From NCBI GenBank assembly GCA_003427395.1, contig BFEA01000004.1:5654297-5704528 (forward strand): DNA of 50,232 nucleotides, given 5' to 3'. The stretch is from Chara braunii (Eukaryota > Plantae > Charophyceae). Below are positions 47,869 to 50,232 of this stretch, one piece after another. The notes under the pieces were generated by a model. The model was given only the letters and a program-made list of their open reading frames with translations, searched no databases and had not been told where the DNA came from. Both the position numbers and the translations under genes were made by a program. Positions within the stretch are counted from its first letter, which is position 1. Every line of letters begins with the position of its first letter.

Positions 47869-49257
47869 CTTGCGCTTTTGGAGATGGTAATTGGAAGAAA
47901 AACGGGTGAAAAGATTGCTCAAATCCATGCGGACATGGTTACGCCGGACCCGAACCCGGACACCGGACCAATCCCGATGTCCAGGCAGACCTTTGTCTGG
48001 ACTGCTCGCGACCATCCAGATTCCGCCCCCCGCCTCCCCCACCCCAGATTAAAAAAAAAAAACCAGTTTTCTTTACCCTTGGGTTTGGCTATGAATATCA
48101 AGATGATCCTGAGGCAAAAGATTTTTGTATTTGGAATGGTGCATAACAAATCTTTTTTTCAAATTTACTTGATTCTAAGTCGGACTTGTTTGTTTCTGAG
48201 GGGATGGCAGATCCGGACATCGGTCCGGGACAGTCTGCATTGACCCGGACGTCCATCCCATAACCACGCATTGTGGCAGTGTACCAGTGAGAATTGCCGC
48301 ATCCGTGTGGTGCTGTGGAGCGTGTGTGAGAGGTGGACTATACAGCCTTGCGGCGGTGGGGCGGATATCACAACTGGTATGGTTTCTCGCTTTCCGAGCC
48401 AGTTGTTGAGTGTCCGCAATCTGAGGTTCCACTTTTGAACGTACGGTCATTTTCGCTGCATCTGGACTGAGAGGTGCTCCAAATACGGCTACAATAACCG
48501 TACGTTCTATTTGGGGGGAGACAGTAGCGGTAAAGAGCTTGCCTCTTGTGGCCAAGGGTGCCGCTCCGATTCCTTGCGTGCACACAAGGACCTGAGGCCC
48601 ACACGAACAGATACACAACTACTAATAAGTAGTAAACTCAAAGGAATGACGGGAACCTGGAGCGAGATCCCACTAGCCATGTATGTGGATTAGTGTGACG
48701 ACGTGGGACGGGTGGGGGACAGGTGGGTGGCAGCGCGAAATAGGGAAAATAAATGCAAAAAAAAACATTTCATGACCAAACAAATGAAGAAAAAACTGCT
48801 AAATAAGAAAAGAAAGTGCTCTTCTCACAGATGGTGTCTGCTCCAGGTGGGGTGTCCTATGTCAGGGCATGATTCACTGACCATGGCTGTGGCAGTCAAG
48901 ACGGCTGCTGCATGTGAGCCGGCACACGGACCATATTCATTTACAATAGGCTGAGGCTTCCTTGACATAGGCCGCAGTGCACGCTGTCTGGTTGTTCTGA
49001 CAGAAATTCTCTCTCTACATCTGTGACAACCTGCTATCGGAGGCGATACAGGCATCCTCCAATAGCAAGCGCCAGATTATAGATGGCTCCATTCTATTGG
49101 TGGGGAGTATCACCTGCTGGAAACCGGGTGCAGCGTCCCACTGACAAGATCGGAGGCAACATACCTGGCCAAAGAGCATTGATTGCCCTCTCACGAGGGG
49201 ATTGACTGCCCGCCCAATTATCAGCCAGGTCACAGCATACTCGAAGCTGTAGCCATG

Positions 49258-49379
49258 GGGCCTCGCTGCACTACTCTCGAAATGTGCAAAGCGAGAGTGA
49301 ATCTTCTACTAGAATATGGAAAGATACGCCGCCAATATTTTTGTCTTTTGCGCATGTCGAGAGTAGTGCAGCGAGGCCC
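49258..49379. mobile_element. 122-bp MITE, PIF/Harbinger-like, copy 2
   Basis: Perfect 23-bp TIR GGGCCTCGCTGCACTACTCTCGA; flanks ATG/ACG (3-bp TSD with one CpG-type change); homologous to 929-1050. Confidence 0.88.
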
Positions 49380-50201
49380 ACGGGGAGGATAACAAACTGT
49401 CCTGACACAAATTCTCTTCAAATTGGCAAAGGAGGGCAAGTCTTAGAGTAACCCCATACACCATTTGCTGTAGGTGAGGGGATCGAACCCTCCCGAACAC
49501 CTAGGAGTCCCAAACCACAATCAATTTCCAGCGATGAAGCCATTCGTCTTTGCCTTCACCAGGAATGAAACGTGCGCGACTTCATTTTACCCAAAAAAAT
49601 TGGTCTCGATTTCACGCACGCACGTTTGGGACTGCCACAGGACCCCCACAGCAAAAACGAAAGAAAAAGCTACCAATGGGAGAGCAAAAAAAAACATCCT
49701 TTTCCCGGGCTTAATTCACAAAAACTGGCTACGGCTGATTTCCTGCCGAATCCACGATGCCTGACAGTCGCACACCTCAAACACTAATCCACATACACTC
49801 CACATACATCGGTAGTCGGATCTCGCTCCTGCACAAGCGGACGAGATGGCCGATCAAGTGATGCTGCATAACATCTTTCTTTCAGAATGTTCTGAAAAAA
49901 AACTTTTCTTTTCTGAATTTTGCGAACGTCCAGGAGTTCTTGCGGACAAGTGAATCCACGGGCGTCTGGCATGCGCGTTCTCACCGACAGTAGGCGTCCA
50001 GAGGGGCTGGTTGCCAAGTCAAATACCACCTCTGTTCTTTTCTTTTTTTTTTCTTTTTTTTTTCAAATACACCACTCTTGCTCAAGTACTGTGGTAAAAC
50101 AATATAAATCAAACAACTGAATAAACAATGGCAGGAAAAAAAAGGGAAAAACAATAAGAGTACTCAAAGAAGAGAAAAAGGTGGCTGAAAAGACAAAAAT
50201 G

Positions 50202-50232
<31 letters not shown>

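Overview
Gene-free, repeat-dominated eukaryotic nuclear DNA with one assembly gap (33387-34230). The mitochondrial atp1 fragment suggests a plant/streptophyte host, probably a non-seed lineage (inference). No intact host protein-coding gene is supportable, and most ORF-track entries are spurious or transposon remnants. The window contains: (1) a decayed Helitron Rep/helicase (~5500-9800, -); (2) an old L1-type LINE (EN+RT, ~25030-30330, -) whose 3' end plus flank is duplicated upstream; (3) a younger 5'-truncated LINE inserted in that duplicate, with poly(A), a 13-bp TSD and the empty site visible in the sister copy; (4) a ~68-bp palindromic-core satellite with a ~600-bp higher-order repeat; (5) a (TA)n nest inside the satellite, holding two inverted copies of a ~0.8-kb element (one carrying an atp1 NUMT) and two hammerhead-ribozyme-core units, with two more such units in inverted orientation at ~35.7 kb; (6) two tRNA-derived SINE families, several MITEs (Harbinger-like, hAT-like, TTAA-flanked) and microsatellites. 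The best leads are the hammerhead-bearing repeat family, a dispersed ~45-nt structured motif shared with the LINE 3' end, and the hairpin array with CRISPR-like geometry.
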